Positions 12,293 through 24,358 of a stretch of 64,000 nucleotides of DNA are shown one piece after another. How positions within the stretch are numbered: position 1 is the first letter of the stretch; each line of letters begins with the position of its first letter. The translations under genes were made by a program, and so were the position numbers. The notes under the pieces are model-generated. The model was not told where the DNA came from and did not search any database. It saw only the letters and a list, made by a program, of their open reading frames with translations. Location: positions 23,544,612 through 23,608,611 of the forward strand of contig NC_057718.1 of the NCBI RefSeq assembly GCF_004010195.1, written 5' to 3'. This DNA is from Chiloscyllium plagiosum (Eukaryota).

Positions 12293-14764
12293 AAACAACA
12301 ACTTTGAACATTATGGGGTCCTGCAAATGAAAGATTTCTTACACTTGTCAGTTTTAGTGTGATAGTAAAATAAATGTAAAAGGAAGCGGTTATGATTTTT
12401 CACTTGAAAAAGCTCCCACTGGAAAACTTAACGTACAATGTGTCAACTCTAATTCTGGAGAATGGCTGTTTTGGAAAAGCCAGTTATTCGTTCTTTATTG
12501 GTGGGTCTGATTTATGACACACAATGTTGTTGATAGTCCCAGTAGGAATTAGAGTTTTGGTTTTTGAAAGCATTGGGTTCTTTATGGCAGTGCTATTAGT
12601 TCTATGTAACATTGATTAATTCTGAGTGAGGATAATAATTTCCATGAACAGTAAATGAGGCAAAAGGAGATACCGAAGGAAAATATTATGGTTGTCAGGG
12701 ATTTGAAATAAAAACCAACCATCCTAGAAATATCAGCATCTACAGTGAGAGAATTAGAGTCAGTCGGTGGGACTTTTAGAAATTACCCTCCAGTGAAAGA
12801 GCAGCACCAATAACCGGTCAGAAAACCAAATAAAGAAAAATCTTAGCTGAGCCTCTTTATTTGAGCTTTGGCATTTCAGATTCCTTTTCCAATCAGGACA
12901 AGTGCATGAGTTCATGTGTCAAATTGGTCAAAGGTATGACATCTAATGAAGAGATCCTGGCATGTGTTAGTAACATCAGACAACACATGGGCTATGGAAG
13001 CTGCAGCAGCTACAAGATTCAAGAGAAGATCTGAGAATGGTGACCCTGTGGCTCTCCCACTCTTACCTGTTAATTCTGCTGTGTAGCCCCAAGGCCAGCA
13101 GGGGGAAGACAATCTCTCCAATTAGACTGGTGTGAGTAGAACTGAGCTAGAAGTCAGAAGCTGAGGTATGGTCACTCCAAGCTGAGAAAGTTCACTTAAG
13201 AGGATGCAGGAGTTCAGCATTGGGACTATTGAAGTGTACAGCATATCTCAGATCAACACAACTTACAAATCTGTTCATTTCCTCCCTTTCCAGGAACCTC
13301 ACATTCACAACCATCAGCCCCAACACTCACACTTACCTTCAGCCTATTTCTTACTCATACCCATAACTCACCTTCCACTAATACCGTCTTCCCCTTCCAA
13401 ATTGCAAAGCAGATTTGAGGGGCTGAATGGCCTAGTGTATGATATACACAACTGTCTGCTTGCTGTCCTTCCAGTGATGGGTTCATTGATGGCACTAGTG
13501 CACGTCTGCCTGATCCATTGGGAGGGAAGTCTATTCTGGGGGATCCAGATCTTAGCAAGGACTTTGCTGTGAGAGTTTGAGTCTCTTGAGTTAGGGACCT
13601 CATCTGTCTGGAGGCCCTGTGTTGAGATCTCACCTGCTTGCAGCCAGAGCAGTTATCCCCACTGTTCTGTAGCTGAGGAATAGACAGCAGTGCAGCTTCT
13701 GCTCCTGTTCCTGATCAGGAATGGATGTGCTGAAGCTGCTCCCAAGCCAATGAGTAGCCTGCCACTGGGTGAACTGAACATGAGTGAGTGAATTGCAGGA
13801 CAGAATTAATTGTGAGTAACAATCCTCCATTGTCAACCAAAGGATGTTTGACACAGAAGTTCTCAGATAATTTCCACATAAACTCTTCTAAAATAATGGC
13901 TATAAAGCAGCGAAACCAAATACTACGGACACTTCTTATTAGCACCTGATGCCATTACTCCCTGCTTCAGGCTTCAAAAGGAACATGAAGAAGGTACCAT
14001 TCTCATTTATGTGAAAGAAAGCCTCTAGAGGATTATATTCTCTTGAAGAGTGACAACAGCAGTGATATCCTGGGGGAGAAATAGGTGGTGAAGACAAGTA
14101 ATACTTGGAAATGGATGTTCTGGTCATACTGGAGTTCCATTTTGAAGTATACAAGATGCGTTGGACTAGTGTCTTATTCACCAGTTTTATTGGGATTTCC
14201 TTCTGGGGTGGAATTGAAAACGTCAGACACAAATCTCAGGAAGTTTCCACAGTGATGTGTCGGTTGGCAGGAATAAAGCTAAATAGTGGGGAACTGTGTC
14301 ATGATGATTTCCTGCAGCTCCATGGTGAAGAATGTTTCCCAGGAGCATAACCAACATGGATATGCAGGCCCCTGGCTGGTGGGCAGCCATTTTAAATCAT
14401 TGAACCTCCCATTAAGGGCACTTCTGCGAAACTACAAGCTGAGAGCAGTGCACCCCATCAGCTACCTTATATCACTGGCTGTGGCTAGCAAGGGAGCCAA
14501 AGACGTCATACCCCAAAACAGGGACCAGAGACAGGGAAGGCCACAAACACCCCCTCACATCCAAATGAACCCATCTAAGTGGGTCGTCTTATTTTAAATT
14601 CCTTTTCCTCCTTCTCGCAGGGTGCTTCCTTGTTGAGGTTGACTCTTAATCATTGACCTGCCTCAGCAGAAGCCACCCTCATTAAATAGAACACTTGAGG
14701 GGTCAAAGCTTCAGCATCTACATCCCATTCTTCAATGGAGATCCAGCCCATAGGAGGTCACCTA

Positions 14765-14890
14765 CATAAAAGGCTTTTGCCCAGAATGTCGATTTTCCTG
14801 CTCCTCGGATGCTGCCTGGCCTGCTGTACTTTTCCAGTACCACTCTAATCTTGGCTCTAATCTCCAGCATCTGCAGTACCCACCTCTGTC
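14765..14890 (+). mobile_element. PLE terminal repeat fragment with degenerate hammerhead
   Basis: ggcttttgccc agaatgtcgattttcctgctcctcggatgctgcctggcc...ccagcatctgcag; homologous to the 23095 and 28490 copies. Confidence 0.75.
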
Positions 14891-15428
14891 CTGAACCAGT
14901 ACCTGCCTGAGGGTGCCATTTTGTCCCAGTGTTTGGATCCCAGAGGCCATGGTAACAATCCTGGCCAAAATCTGTTTTGTGTGGTGGTGGTTGGTTGGGG
15001 GGGTGCGTCGCAAGGGGACGTAAAGAGAGAGAGAAACATCCCCAAGGTATCCATATTTTTCTAACTGATTGGTAGAAGACTTCCTGATATCAGCTGCATC
15101 CTGAATGAATCAAGAAATATAGAACATTGTCCTTTTGTATATCAGAATAGAGTGTTTGCACACTTCAGGTTAATTAGTGTCAAATCTTCAAAAGTTAGCC
15201 ACAACAGACAGTCCATGGCAATCTTTTTCCAGAGAAAGTGAGCTCTCTCTCTCTTCTTGTCTTTTTGGAAGTACCAGTCTTTTTGTCAATTTATATAGAT
15301 TCTAATGATATCAGGGAAAGGGGAATAGACTGGGAATGTGGCCTGAGGTGGGGTAGATGATCAGCCATTATCCAGAATGGTGGAGCAGGCTTAAGGGGAT
15401 GAATGGTCTCTTCCTGCTCCGAAATTCT

Positions 15429-15615
15429 AAAGTAGACAGGCAGGAGGCTGGAAGAATACAGCAAGGCAAGCAGCATCAGGAGGTGCAGGTCCTGAAGAAG
15501 GGTTACACCCGAGACGTCGACTTCTGCACCTCCTAATGCTGCCTGGCTTGTTGTGTTTTTCCAGCCTCTTGCCTGTCTACTTTGGATTCCAGCATCTGTG
15601 GGTTTTTTTTGTCTC
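15429..15615 (+). mobile_element. PLE fold-back insertion (60-bp inverted arms) with hammerhead core in the loop
   Basis: Arms 15429-15488 / 15524-15583; loop gtc-CTGAAGA-a-gggt-tac-accc-GAGA-cgtc-gac; imperfect TSD aaattct(a/g)aag at 15422-15432 / 15622-15632. Confidence 0.8.
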
Positions 15616-16922
15616 GAATCTAAATTCTGAAGAACATTTACCTCAGAGAAGCATAAAGATAACTTTGCAGTAAGATAATATTAGGAATGGAAGTAAATCA
15701 CAGAGATTCCTCTTCATCCAAACCAGTCCTTCAGTCTCGAGGATGCCTTGTTTCCACACCCGTTCATTGGGTTCTAGGATGATGCTCATATCCAATGCCT
15801 GATCTATATGTGGAGCAAGCGGTGCTGAAGTGTTGGGTACCCCTATGCGTTTGTGACAAAGTCTCTTGATATTTTTAGAGCCTTCCCCTAGATATAGCTT
15901 TCTCTCTTGGTCAGTCTCAAGTCAGGGACTGCCATGAGATGGCTAATTTTGGAAATATCACTGAAACAGGTTTCTTCTCATCCTGGGTGTTTCTGTAAGC
16001 ACTGAATTCCAGGCACGTCAGCTGTTACATGCTCCTCTCAGCAGAGCTGGTATTAAGTGATCAGCACCTCAATGCTGTTGAACTGCCTCTGTTGCCACTA
16101 GATTTAAGAAAGCTTGCAAAGACATCCTATGGAATAGTAGCAGGCCAACTAAGGAATTGCTTGTTAAGATCCAAGACCATGGAAAGGGGAAGCCAGCTCA
16201 GATACTGCCACTTGTACGAAATACAGTCAGTGGGATCCAACAGATAATGCTGCCATCAAAAGGCAACTCACTGACTTCCAAAATTGAATGCTGTCTTCCA
16301 GGGTGTCAAAAGATTGACTCAGACATGTCACTTGTGAGGATTAGGTTGTGTAAGCTCTAAGTTTTGCTAGCCACACATGTTGAATTAAGATATTACAAGA
16401 TTGGTTATTCAGAACTGTTAAGCTGTTAGCAAACTAGGGACTTACCCATAGAACGACACAGTTCAGAGGGAGACCATTCTGCCCTGGGTGCCGGTACTTT
16501 GATAGGGCCATTCATTTAGTCACACTCCCTTGTTCTGTCCCTGTAACCTCTGAAAAAAATTCCACTTCAAGTACATCTTCCAACTCAAGTAATTTCACCA
16601 CTTTATAACCTCCGGTTGTGTTTGCTGTTTTGGCTAATGCTCAGCATCCATTAGTACTGATTTACAATGTAAGAGGGAATTGCCTGTGTAACCTTTGCTA
16701 CTGTTTTGTTAAGTAGCTCTGTCTATTAATGATTTATTGCTCAACTACGAGAGGATTCTGATTACAGTTGTGCACATCTATTAAGCATTCATGTACCCAA
16801 CATTACCTTCAAGTTGGAATTTGTGATCAATAAACTGTGTTTAGTCCATGACTTGTGGTTTGGTTTTTCTCTCCTTAATAATTTGACTGGAAAGATCTAA
16901 GTACCCACTTCAGCGGAACCTA

Positions 16923-17217
16923 TGGGTAGCACAGTGGTTAGCACTGCTGCCTCACGGTGCCAGAGACCCGGGTTCAATTCCCACCTCAGGCGACTGACTG
17001 TGTGGAGTTTTCACATTGTCTGCGTGGGTTTCCTCCGGGTGCTCCGGTTTCCTCCCACAGTCCAAAAATGTGCAATTAGGTGAATTGGCCATGCTAAATT
17101 GCCCGTAGTGTTAGGGGCAGGGGTAAGTGTAGGGGAATGGATCTGGGTGGTTTGTGGGTCGGTGTGGACTTGTTGGGCTGAAGGGCCTGTTTCCACACTG
17201 TAAGTAATCTAATCTAA
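16923..17217 (+). mobile_element. HE1 SINE (tRNA-derived V-SINE)
   Basis: A box agcacagtggtta, B box ggttcaattcc, V-domain gtgtggagttt...gggtttcctccgggtgctccggtttcctcccac, CR1-like tail, (taatc)n. Confidence 0.92.
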
Positions 17218-19059
17218 GTGAGGATTAGTAAATTAAATTCATTCTGACCCAAACTAGGTTAAATGCAAGAGCATACTAAATATCAAGGATCATTCATTCC
17301 CAGGCCTGAACAGGAGGCAAAACCCTCAGCAATTCCTTAATATTTCCTTGACATATATTTGCCGGTATCCCCAAAACCCAGCTTTTAAATGGTGGTACAA
17401 ACACTGCAAACTAATGGTCAACACTTTATTCCAGTAAATAATAATATAATTGGGGACTCTATCACAGTAACTGTCAACATAATTCATATTATTAGCAGAA
17501 GTAACATAAGGAAGGTGCCTCATAATTAATGCTTTCACCTTGGACAGCGTGTGAGCGTTATTAAAAATAGTGCTTTTCAAAACAAATCAGGGAAATTTCT
17601 TTGGGAACTACACTGAAAAGTGAATTAAAGTCTCAAATTGCTAAGGAAAACAAATTTGTAAACATATTGTTTGAAATTAAGCACGCTTTCAAGCTGACAA
17701 TCCTCTAAACAAAACACATCTTTTCCTTCTAAAATGAAGATGGTTTTCAGGAACCATGGTAACACGGATTTACCTAAGTTAACACAGCAATTTTTGTTTG
17801 GCAAATATTTAACAACTGTCTGAGATGGAGAGATCACGGTCAGGAAGCTCTTGTGTGCAATGCTACTGCTATTGTTAATTGCTGATGGACATAGATAGCA
17901 CGAATCAGGATGCACATTATTTTTTCTTAACATTGGATACTTAAAGTGAATGGGCTCCAGGAAATGTGCATTAAAACACAAATTGCTAATATGGAATTAC
18001 TGCTAGTTACAACAGTTTTGTAAGATTTCCTAGGCACTTGTAGCTGCAAGGAAAAATATTCTTTGTACACTAATAATTTCTGGAGGAGATATATTGCTGT
18101 GTGAATACAAAGCAAAACCCTGTTTACAGATGAAGATGCGATTGTTTCTGCAGCATCCTCATGTTAGATCAGCTACGTGGCAGAAGTCTGATTCAATATG
18201 CAGTCATCTTGCAGGAGTGTCGCAGGCTCACTGATCCCTCAGTACAGCCTATGTTGAGCTACTGCTTTTTCTCAGGTAAGTTGGCATCTAAACTAACTGA
18301 GAGATTGATTGACATTCAGTCAGATGTGAGCTGGTCATTTGTAGAGTGAGGGAGCAGAGGGGACGAGGTCGTTGACCAAAGAAAGCCAGCAAGTGTGAAG
18401 TAAGAGTGAAGAGTGCTCTTTAATTTTGCTTAACTCACCTTGAAGATCACAGATTTTACCCTCTGTGGTAAAATCCTTAATTAAATTGATTGTAAGTAGT
18501 TTATAAAAGGACTAACTTTGATTGATTTGATGCACTTCCATGTACAGAAAAAGATTTCAGCTTTGTTTTTCTGATCATCAAAAAATAATTTTTATTTAAA
18601 GATGGTAGTGTATTACTGACACCTTTGAACATGCTTTTAGAACATAACTTGAATGCTGCCATTGACAATTATTCTCAATATTGCCCTTTGGAAACAACAC
18701 TCTTTACTAGAAGGTAACTTTTACCATTGAAATCAAATTCAAAAACAAACCAAATTGATTAGAATTCAGGGAAGAGAATTGTTCATGATGTTCATAGGAT
18801 TGAGAGTAATATTAGAGTATATTAGTATTAGGTCATGGTAACACATGAGTATTAACAGAAAGTAAAGAAACATTGGCACAACAAAAATTATATTTTTGGA
18901 ATTACTGAGTAAAACTACTGAGGTTTTACAGAGATCAGCTACATACAATCTATATGGATGACTTAGGCAGTGGGATTGAGTGTAATGTTTGCTGACTATG
19001 CAAATCCACGTGGGGAAGTGTTACAATGATGCTTTATAAGTAATACAGATTGGAGGATC

Positions 19060-19190
19060 TATGTCTTTATTTTATACTCACTCATGAGACATGGGAGTTG
19101 CTGGCTGGCCAGCATTATATACCTGTCTCTAGTTACCCTTGAGAAGTGGTAGTGAGCTGCCTTCTTGAACCTTGTTGAATCCTTTTGAAT
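19060..19190 (-). mobile_element. 3' tail of a second LINE family (same as 63190-63515)
   Basis: gctggctggccagcatt...cccttgagaagtggtagtgagctgccttcttgaacc matches 63200-63280. Confidence 0.6.
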
Positions 19191-19599
19191 GATTGTGGAA
19201 AATGTACCCATTTCAAGTTTTGCGGAAATACTTGGAGTGGTTTCTTTAAAATGGGCTATTGAAAGTTCATTTTGGACATTGAAGTTTGTTTTTAACACAG
19301 CTTCCTTTAAATCAGATGACAAATTACAATTGCTTGCTTTAGACCTCTGTTTGGGGCCTTTTGGAACAGTGATTGGCTTGGAAAGAAACTTGTTTTATGT
19401 TGTTCACTTGGAGAGAAGCTGGCTAAGAACAAGCTGAGTTGGAGCAATGCTTCCAAGCTGCTCATCTTATTTGTAAAAAGAAAAGCCCTTTTGTTGAGTT
19501 AGGGCAAAACCTTTGAGTGCCTTTGAAAGAGTGATTGAAGAAACTCTTAAGATTGTGTTTCCTGAACAAACTGTGTCTGCAAGACTTCAGAGACAACCA

Positions 19600-19965
19600 T
19601 ACATATGTGTTGGCTTGCCCACACATGGGCAGTTGGAGTCTTTTTCCCAGGGTAGAAATGTCTAATACTAGGGGACATTGTTTTAAAATGGGAGGGGAGG
19701 GGATTTAAGGAGATGTGCAAGGCATGAACTTTTTATACAGAGATTGGTAGGTATCTGGAACCCACTGCCAGGGGAGGTGGAAGAAGCAGATATGATAGCA
19801 ATGTTTAAGAGGCATTTAGACAGACACATGAATAAGTAGTAAATAGAGGAATATAGACCATGTGCAGGGAGATAGAATTAGTTTAAAGTAACATCATGGT
19901 CGACACAGATGTGATAGACTGAAGGACCTGATCATGTGCTGTTCTGGTCTATTCTCTATGTTCAA
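19600..19965 (+). mobile_element. CR1 LINE 3' end
   Basis: ctttttcccagggtagaaatgtctaatactaggggacat...tttaagaggcatttagacag; tail tctatgttc. Confidence 0.85.
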
Positions 19966-20561
19966 TGATTGAGCTCTGAATTCCCTCAATTGCCACTTCA
20001 ACTCAAGCTGCCTCATTAATGGCTGACATCCCAAATGTTCAATCTCATTTCCTGAGACTGCATTCCGCTGCACGTGAACTCCTACTTATAGGCACAATGG
20101 CAACACCTTGTTAGATGAGTAGCTTCGTTAAGTTGGCTCCGAACTCCACTTTCTGACTGTACCAAATAAGAAATGGCTTTGCGGACTTCAAGTGAGCGCT
20201 AACTCTGTCCAACATAGAATAAGCAAGCCTCCATTATCTTCTCAGACCTTCCCAGCTCCTGGGGCCTCTTCGAGTCCAGCTGCCCGAAGCTAACAAACAC
20301 CCATCTCCGTCACTGACTGGAGCCTGTTCTTCTGCTCCCGTCTTGGTCATCCCATCCTCTGTCACGTTACTCCTTTTTATGTGGCATCACATGGTTCCCG
20401 TGGTTGTTGTTGCCATGCCAAACCTTCACACAGCTCCAATCTTGTTTAGATAACAGAGCCCTTCAGTTGTAGAGAGGTAACAGGAATGAAGATTTTCCAC
20501 CTGTCACAGTGCCAAACTCTGTATGTGCGCAAAACCTCTTAGACTAGCTGGGAAATGAAGT

Positions 20562-20562
<1 letters not shown>

Positions 20563-20592
<30 letters not shown>

Positions 20593-20633
20593 GGCAGACA
20601 CACGCAGACACACACATAGGCAGACACACACAC
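20563..20633. repeat. Imperfect (CA)n microsatellite
   Basis: Direct reading. Confidence 0.9.
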
Positions 20634-20634
20634 A

Positions 20635-20735
20635 ACAACAAAAACAGAAATTGCTGGAAAAGCTCAGCAGGTGTGGCAGCATCTGTGGAGAGAAATCTGA
20701 GTTAATATTTCAGGCTGAGTAGCCCTTCATGAGGA
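20635..20735 (-). mobile_element. Older PLE terminal repeat with degenerate hammerhead
   Basis: aaaacagaaattgctggaaaagctcagcagg...; minus strand ctcatgaagggctactcagcctGAAAtattaac. Confidence 0.65.
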
Positions 20736-20789
20736 AATGGAATCCTCAGCCTTCACTTAGAATTACGGTAAGCTAGAATATTGTATACA

Positions 20790-21190
20790 AGGATGAGGAG
20801 AGATTGAACAGAATGTGTCCATATTCTTCAAGATTGGGAAGAGAGGTCACAAAGCAATGTCTAATATTTGACATGGTAGATGCTTAGAACCTGTTTCCTC
20901 TGGGTATGGAGTCTGTAATTGGGAGACATAGCCTACTAATAAGGCATAAAGCAAATAGGACAGAGAGACATTTCTTCACTCAGAGAATTGCAAATCTTTT
21001 AACCCTGGAGGATTGTTAATGCTCAGTCAATGGGTATAGTCAAAATGGAGACTGAGTTTTTTTAGCACAGTGAGACTTGAGAGATATGGGGATATGGCAG
21101 GAAAATTCAGCTAATATAGATGTTCAGCTGTAATATTATCGAATGGCAGGATAGAATAGAATTGATTGGCAGGATGGCCTACTTCTTCAT
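20790..21190 (+). mobile_element. Old CR1 3' fragment
   Basis: Decayed ctgtttcctctgg...gagacatttcttcactcagag; 3'UTR gatggcctacttct. Confidence 0.7.
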
Positions 21191-21782
21191 TCACTTTGTG
21201 TGATACAAATTGCCTACTTCAACCTCTGATATGAGATTCTGCTTTGCAGTTTACATTCAGTATCTATAAAGCTCTGTTTAAACAGACCGAGATACACATA
21301 ATGTTCTTATTCTGCAGGCTGAGGAAATAGGCCATTAATTGCTATGTTGATCTTCTAGTTCGATGACCAGTTTTCTTCCCTTCACATAAAGAACCTGGTA
21401 ATCTAATTCAATACACTGTAATGAGCTGCTTTACAGAAAGAGATTAAACTGATTTCAATGTTTAAACAAGAGTACATTGCCTGTAGTCTTAGTAAAAGCA
21501 TTATTTCTTAACACTTTCAGTGAATTATAAGCAGAAGATCTCATTGTATTCTGTACAAAGATTTAGAATAAATAAAAGTGCTTGACAGTTCAGCAAAGAT
21601 TTTTCACTAACTTGCATGAATGCACACATTATGTGTTATGATACAATTCATGGCATCCTTTGCTGTCACACTGTTCATAACATTTACACTTTTAAAGTTA
21701 CCCCATAACAAAATAAATAAGTTTGCTTAATTAAAAAGAAAATGTCAGAAGTGAGGTACATTGAAGTCAGATGTTGAAAACA

Positions 21783-22080
21783 AGAAAGACTTATACTCAT
21801 GTTGCAACTTTCAATATATCCTAAAGTGCTTTCAGCCAATGACGTAATTTTTCAAAGTGTAGTCATTATTGTAATCCAGGAAATGTGGCAGCCAATTTAG
21901 GTATGTAAACATCAATGTGAAAATGACCAGAAGACCTGTTTTTGTGCTGGCGAATAAGGGATAAATGTTGGTCTGGATGCTGCAGGTATATCCTATGCCT
22001 TCCTTCAAAATCATGGGTTTTTTTCTGTCCATCTAAGAGTGTGTACAGGACTTCAGTTAAATATCTCTTCTATGAGACAA
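21783..22080 (-). mobile_element. Deu-domain SINE (SacSINE1/AmnSINE1-like)
   Basis: Minus strand reads atttatccct...ctggtcattttcacattg...aaattggctgccacatttcc...gactacactttgaaa...cattggctgaaagcactttagga...aagtctttctt, resembling the DeuSINE consensus as I recall it. Confidence 0.75.
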
Positions 22081-22400
22081 TACCACACTGGCATGTTGGT
22101 ACACATTTTTATTCCAAAAATATACTTTATTCATTAAAAAAATCTTTATGAACATACACAGTTTTAAAACAGTTCTGTACATCTTTGCATTTTAAAGAGA
22201 AACAAATTTTGGAAATCGACATTCCCTGCAGTTGCAAAGCCAAAGGTGTTTCCTCCTCATGTAGGACAGAGTTTACATACATTTGTGGCAAATAGAGGGT
22301 CTGATAGTTGAACAGACCCTCATTGTAACTGGCAGGATGATCTTAAACAGAGGTTCTTTCCCAGCTGCACCAATCTTTAGTGTGTCTGTCAGCACATAAT

Positions 22401-22735
22401 CAGATTACAGATTACAGATTACATTACAGATTACATTACAGTGTGGAAACAGGCTCTTCGGCCCAACAAGTCCACACCGACCCACCGAAGCGAACCCACC
22501 CATACCCCTACATTTACCCCTTACCTAACACTACGGGTAATTTAGCATGGCCAATTCACCTGACCCTGCACATCTTTGGACTGTGGGAGGAAACCGGAGC
22601 ACCAGGAGGAAACCCACGCAGACACGGGGAGAACGTGCAAACTCCACACAGTCAGTCGCCTGAGGCGGGAATTGAACCTGGATCTCTGGCGCTGTGAGGC
22701 AACAGTGCTAACCATTGTGCCACCGTGCCGCCCAC
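22401..22735 (-). mobile_element. Full-length HE1 SINE nested in Tx1
   Basis: Head gggcggcacggtggcacaatggttagc, V-domain, tail (tgtaatc)n. Confidence 0.93.
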
Positions 22736-23094
22736 ATTCCCTGGACTTGGGAATGCACCAGTCTGCAACACTCGGTCAAAGTCAACTCTTTACACACAGA
22801 AGACCAAGTTCCAAGCAGACCAAAGAGTGCCTTTGTTGACAAGCTTGCAAACACAATCAATGTTTATCTTGATGTACATCCCAGGGAACAGAATTTAGAG
22901 CACAGAGTCCTGCATCACGGAACTGTTCAGGATGAACCTTAACAAAAATCACTTGATCTCTCACCAGATCTTTTTTGCAGAGACATTCCAGAAGGCGATG
23001 TGTGACAGTCTCTTCCCCAGTGCAACCACTTTGAAGGCTGCACACAGAGACCAGGCATGCATGAAAGATCTGATGCACAGTGCCCTTCTTACCA

Positions 23095-23265
23095 ATAGTG
23101 TCTAGATTAGAGTGGTGCTGGAAAAGCACAGCAGGTCATTCCTGATGAAGGGCTTTTGCCCGGAACGTCGATTTTCCTGCTCCTCGGATGCTGCTGGACT
23201 TGCTGTGCTTTCCACACCACTCTAATCTAGACTCTGATTTCCAGCATCTGCAGTCCTCACTTTTG
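23095..23265 (+). mobile_element. PLE fold-back insertion nested in Tx1
   Basis: TSD ccttcttacca at 23084-23094 / 23266-23276; inverted arm; CTGATGA-a-gggc-tttt-gccc-GGAA-cgtc at 23142-23169. Confidence 0.85.
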
Positions 23266-23739
23266 CCTTCTTACCACCAGCCAAGCGTTATCTTGTTGGA
23301 AAGTTCTGGCAATGAGGCATTTTGCTAAATGACTTTGATAGGCTGCTCAGGGAACCACATAGCAGGATGCACCATTTCCTTTTCCCCATGGACAAAGGTG
23401 TTTTCTTTTGTAAATGTTTCCATCAGACACAGGCAATTCAGAACGGTCCAACTACTTAGGGTGTTCTGTGGTGCAAGGACCAGGCCCATACTTAGCCACA
23501 CTGGTACAGGTAGAAGCTTGGGACAAAGTGACACTTGGTGTTTACGTATCTAGGGTCCACACACAGCTTAATGCAACCATACACAAAGATGATCAACACA
23601 ATGAGGACAGCTCTATGTTTGTTCATCCCCCAATTATGCCCAGAGCTTTGTACATAGTGTCCACCTTTGACCTCCAGATGAAGTGGAAGATGGCATGGGT
23701 GACTTCAGTGGCACAGGCTCGGAGAATGGGCCAGACCTT

Positions 23740-24088
23740 CATAGAAGAATAGAATCCCTACAGTGTGGAAGTGGGGCATTTGGCCCATCAAGTCCACACC
23801 GAGTCTCTGAAGAGCATCCCTTCCCGATCCACCCCATCTCTGCAAAAAAAACCTGCATTCCCCCGGCTAATCCACCTAGCCTGCACATCCCTGGACTCTA
23901 TGGGCAATTTTCTATGGCCAATCCACCTAACCTGCACCAGTGGGAGGAAACTGAAACACCTGTAGGAAACCCATGCAGACACGGGGAACATGCAAACTCC
24001 CCACACACAGTCGCCTGAGGCTGGAATTGAACTCTGGTCCCTGGTGCTGAGAGGTAGCAGTGCTAACCACTGAGCCACCATGCCACCC
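23740..24088 (-). mobile_element. HE1 SINE nested in Tx1
   Basis: Head gggtggcatggtggctcagtggttagc, V-domain, tail. Confidence 0.9.
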
Positions 24089-24265
24089 GAGAGTACCTCA
24101 CACCTGATGACCAGGTTTTGACCCATAGTGGGAAGGGAGCAGTGTTCTCATAATCATGATGATGATGTGCTCTCCAAAGTTTTGGTGCATGCCCTGGCCC
24201 CTCCAAACCATATTCCCAGCACCTTCAGGTAATCTTCAGGTATAGGATTGGTGAGCCCAGTTATA

Positions 24266-24358
24266 CAGTCATGGAGATGTACAGCATGGAAACAGACCCT
24301 TCGGTCCAACTCGCCCATGCTGACGAGATCCTAAATTAATCTATTCCCATTTACCAAG
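24266..24358 (-). mobile_element. CR1 3'UTR stub nested in Tx1
   Basis: gtcatggagatgtacagcatggaaacagacccttcggtccaactc. Confidence 0.8.

Noticed and set aside
13355..13860. Harbinger transposase N-terminus
   Set aside because: Only a faint QHR..RQ resemblance; no DDE motifs traceable.
18439..18476. Minus-strand micro-exon / GATTTTACC-GGTAAAATC hairpin
   Set aside because: The donor is good but the acceptor lacks a pyrimidine tract and the peptide is unrecognised; a 9-bp stem is expected by chance in 64 kb.
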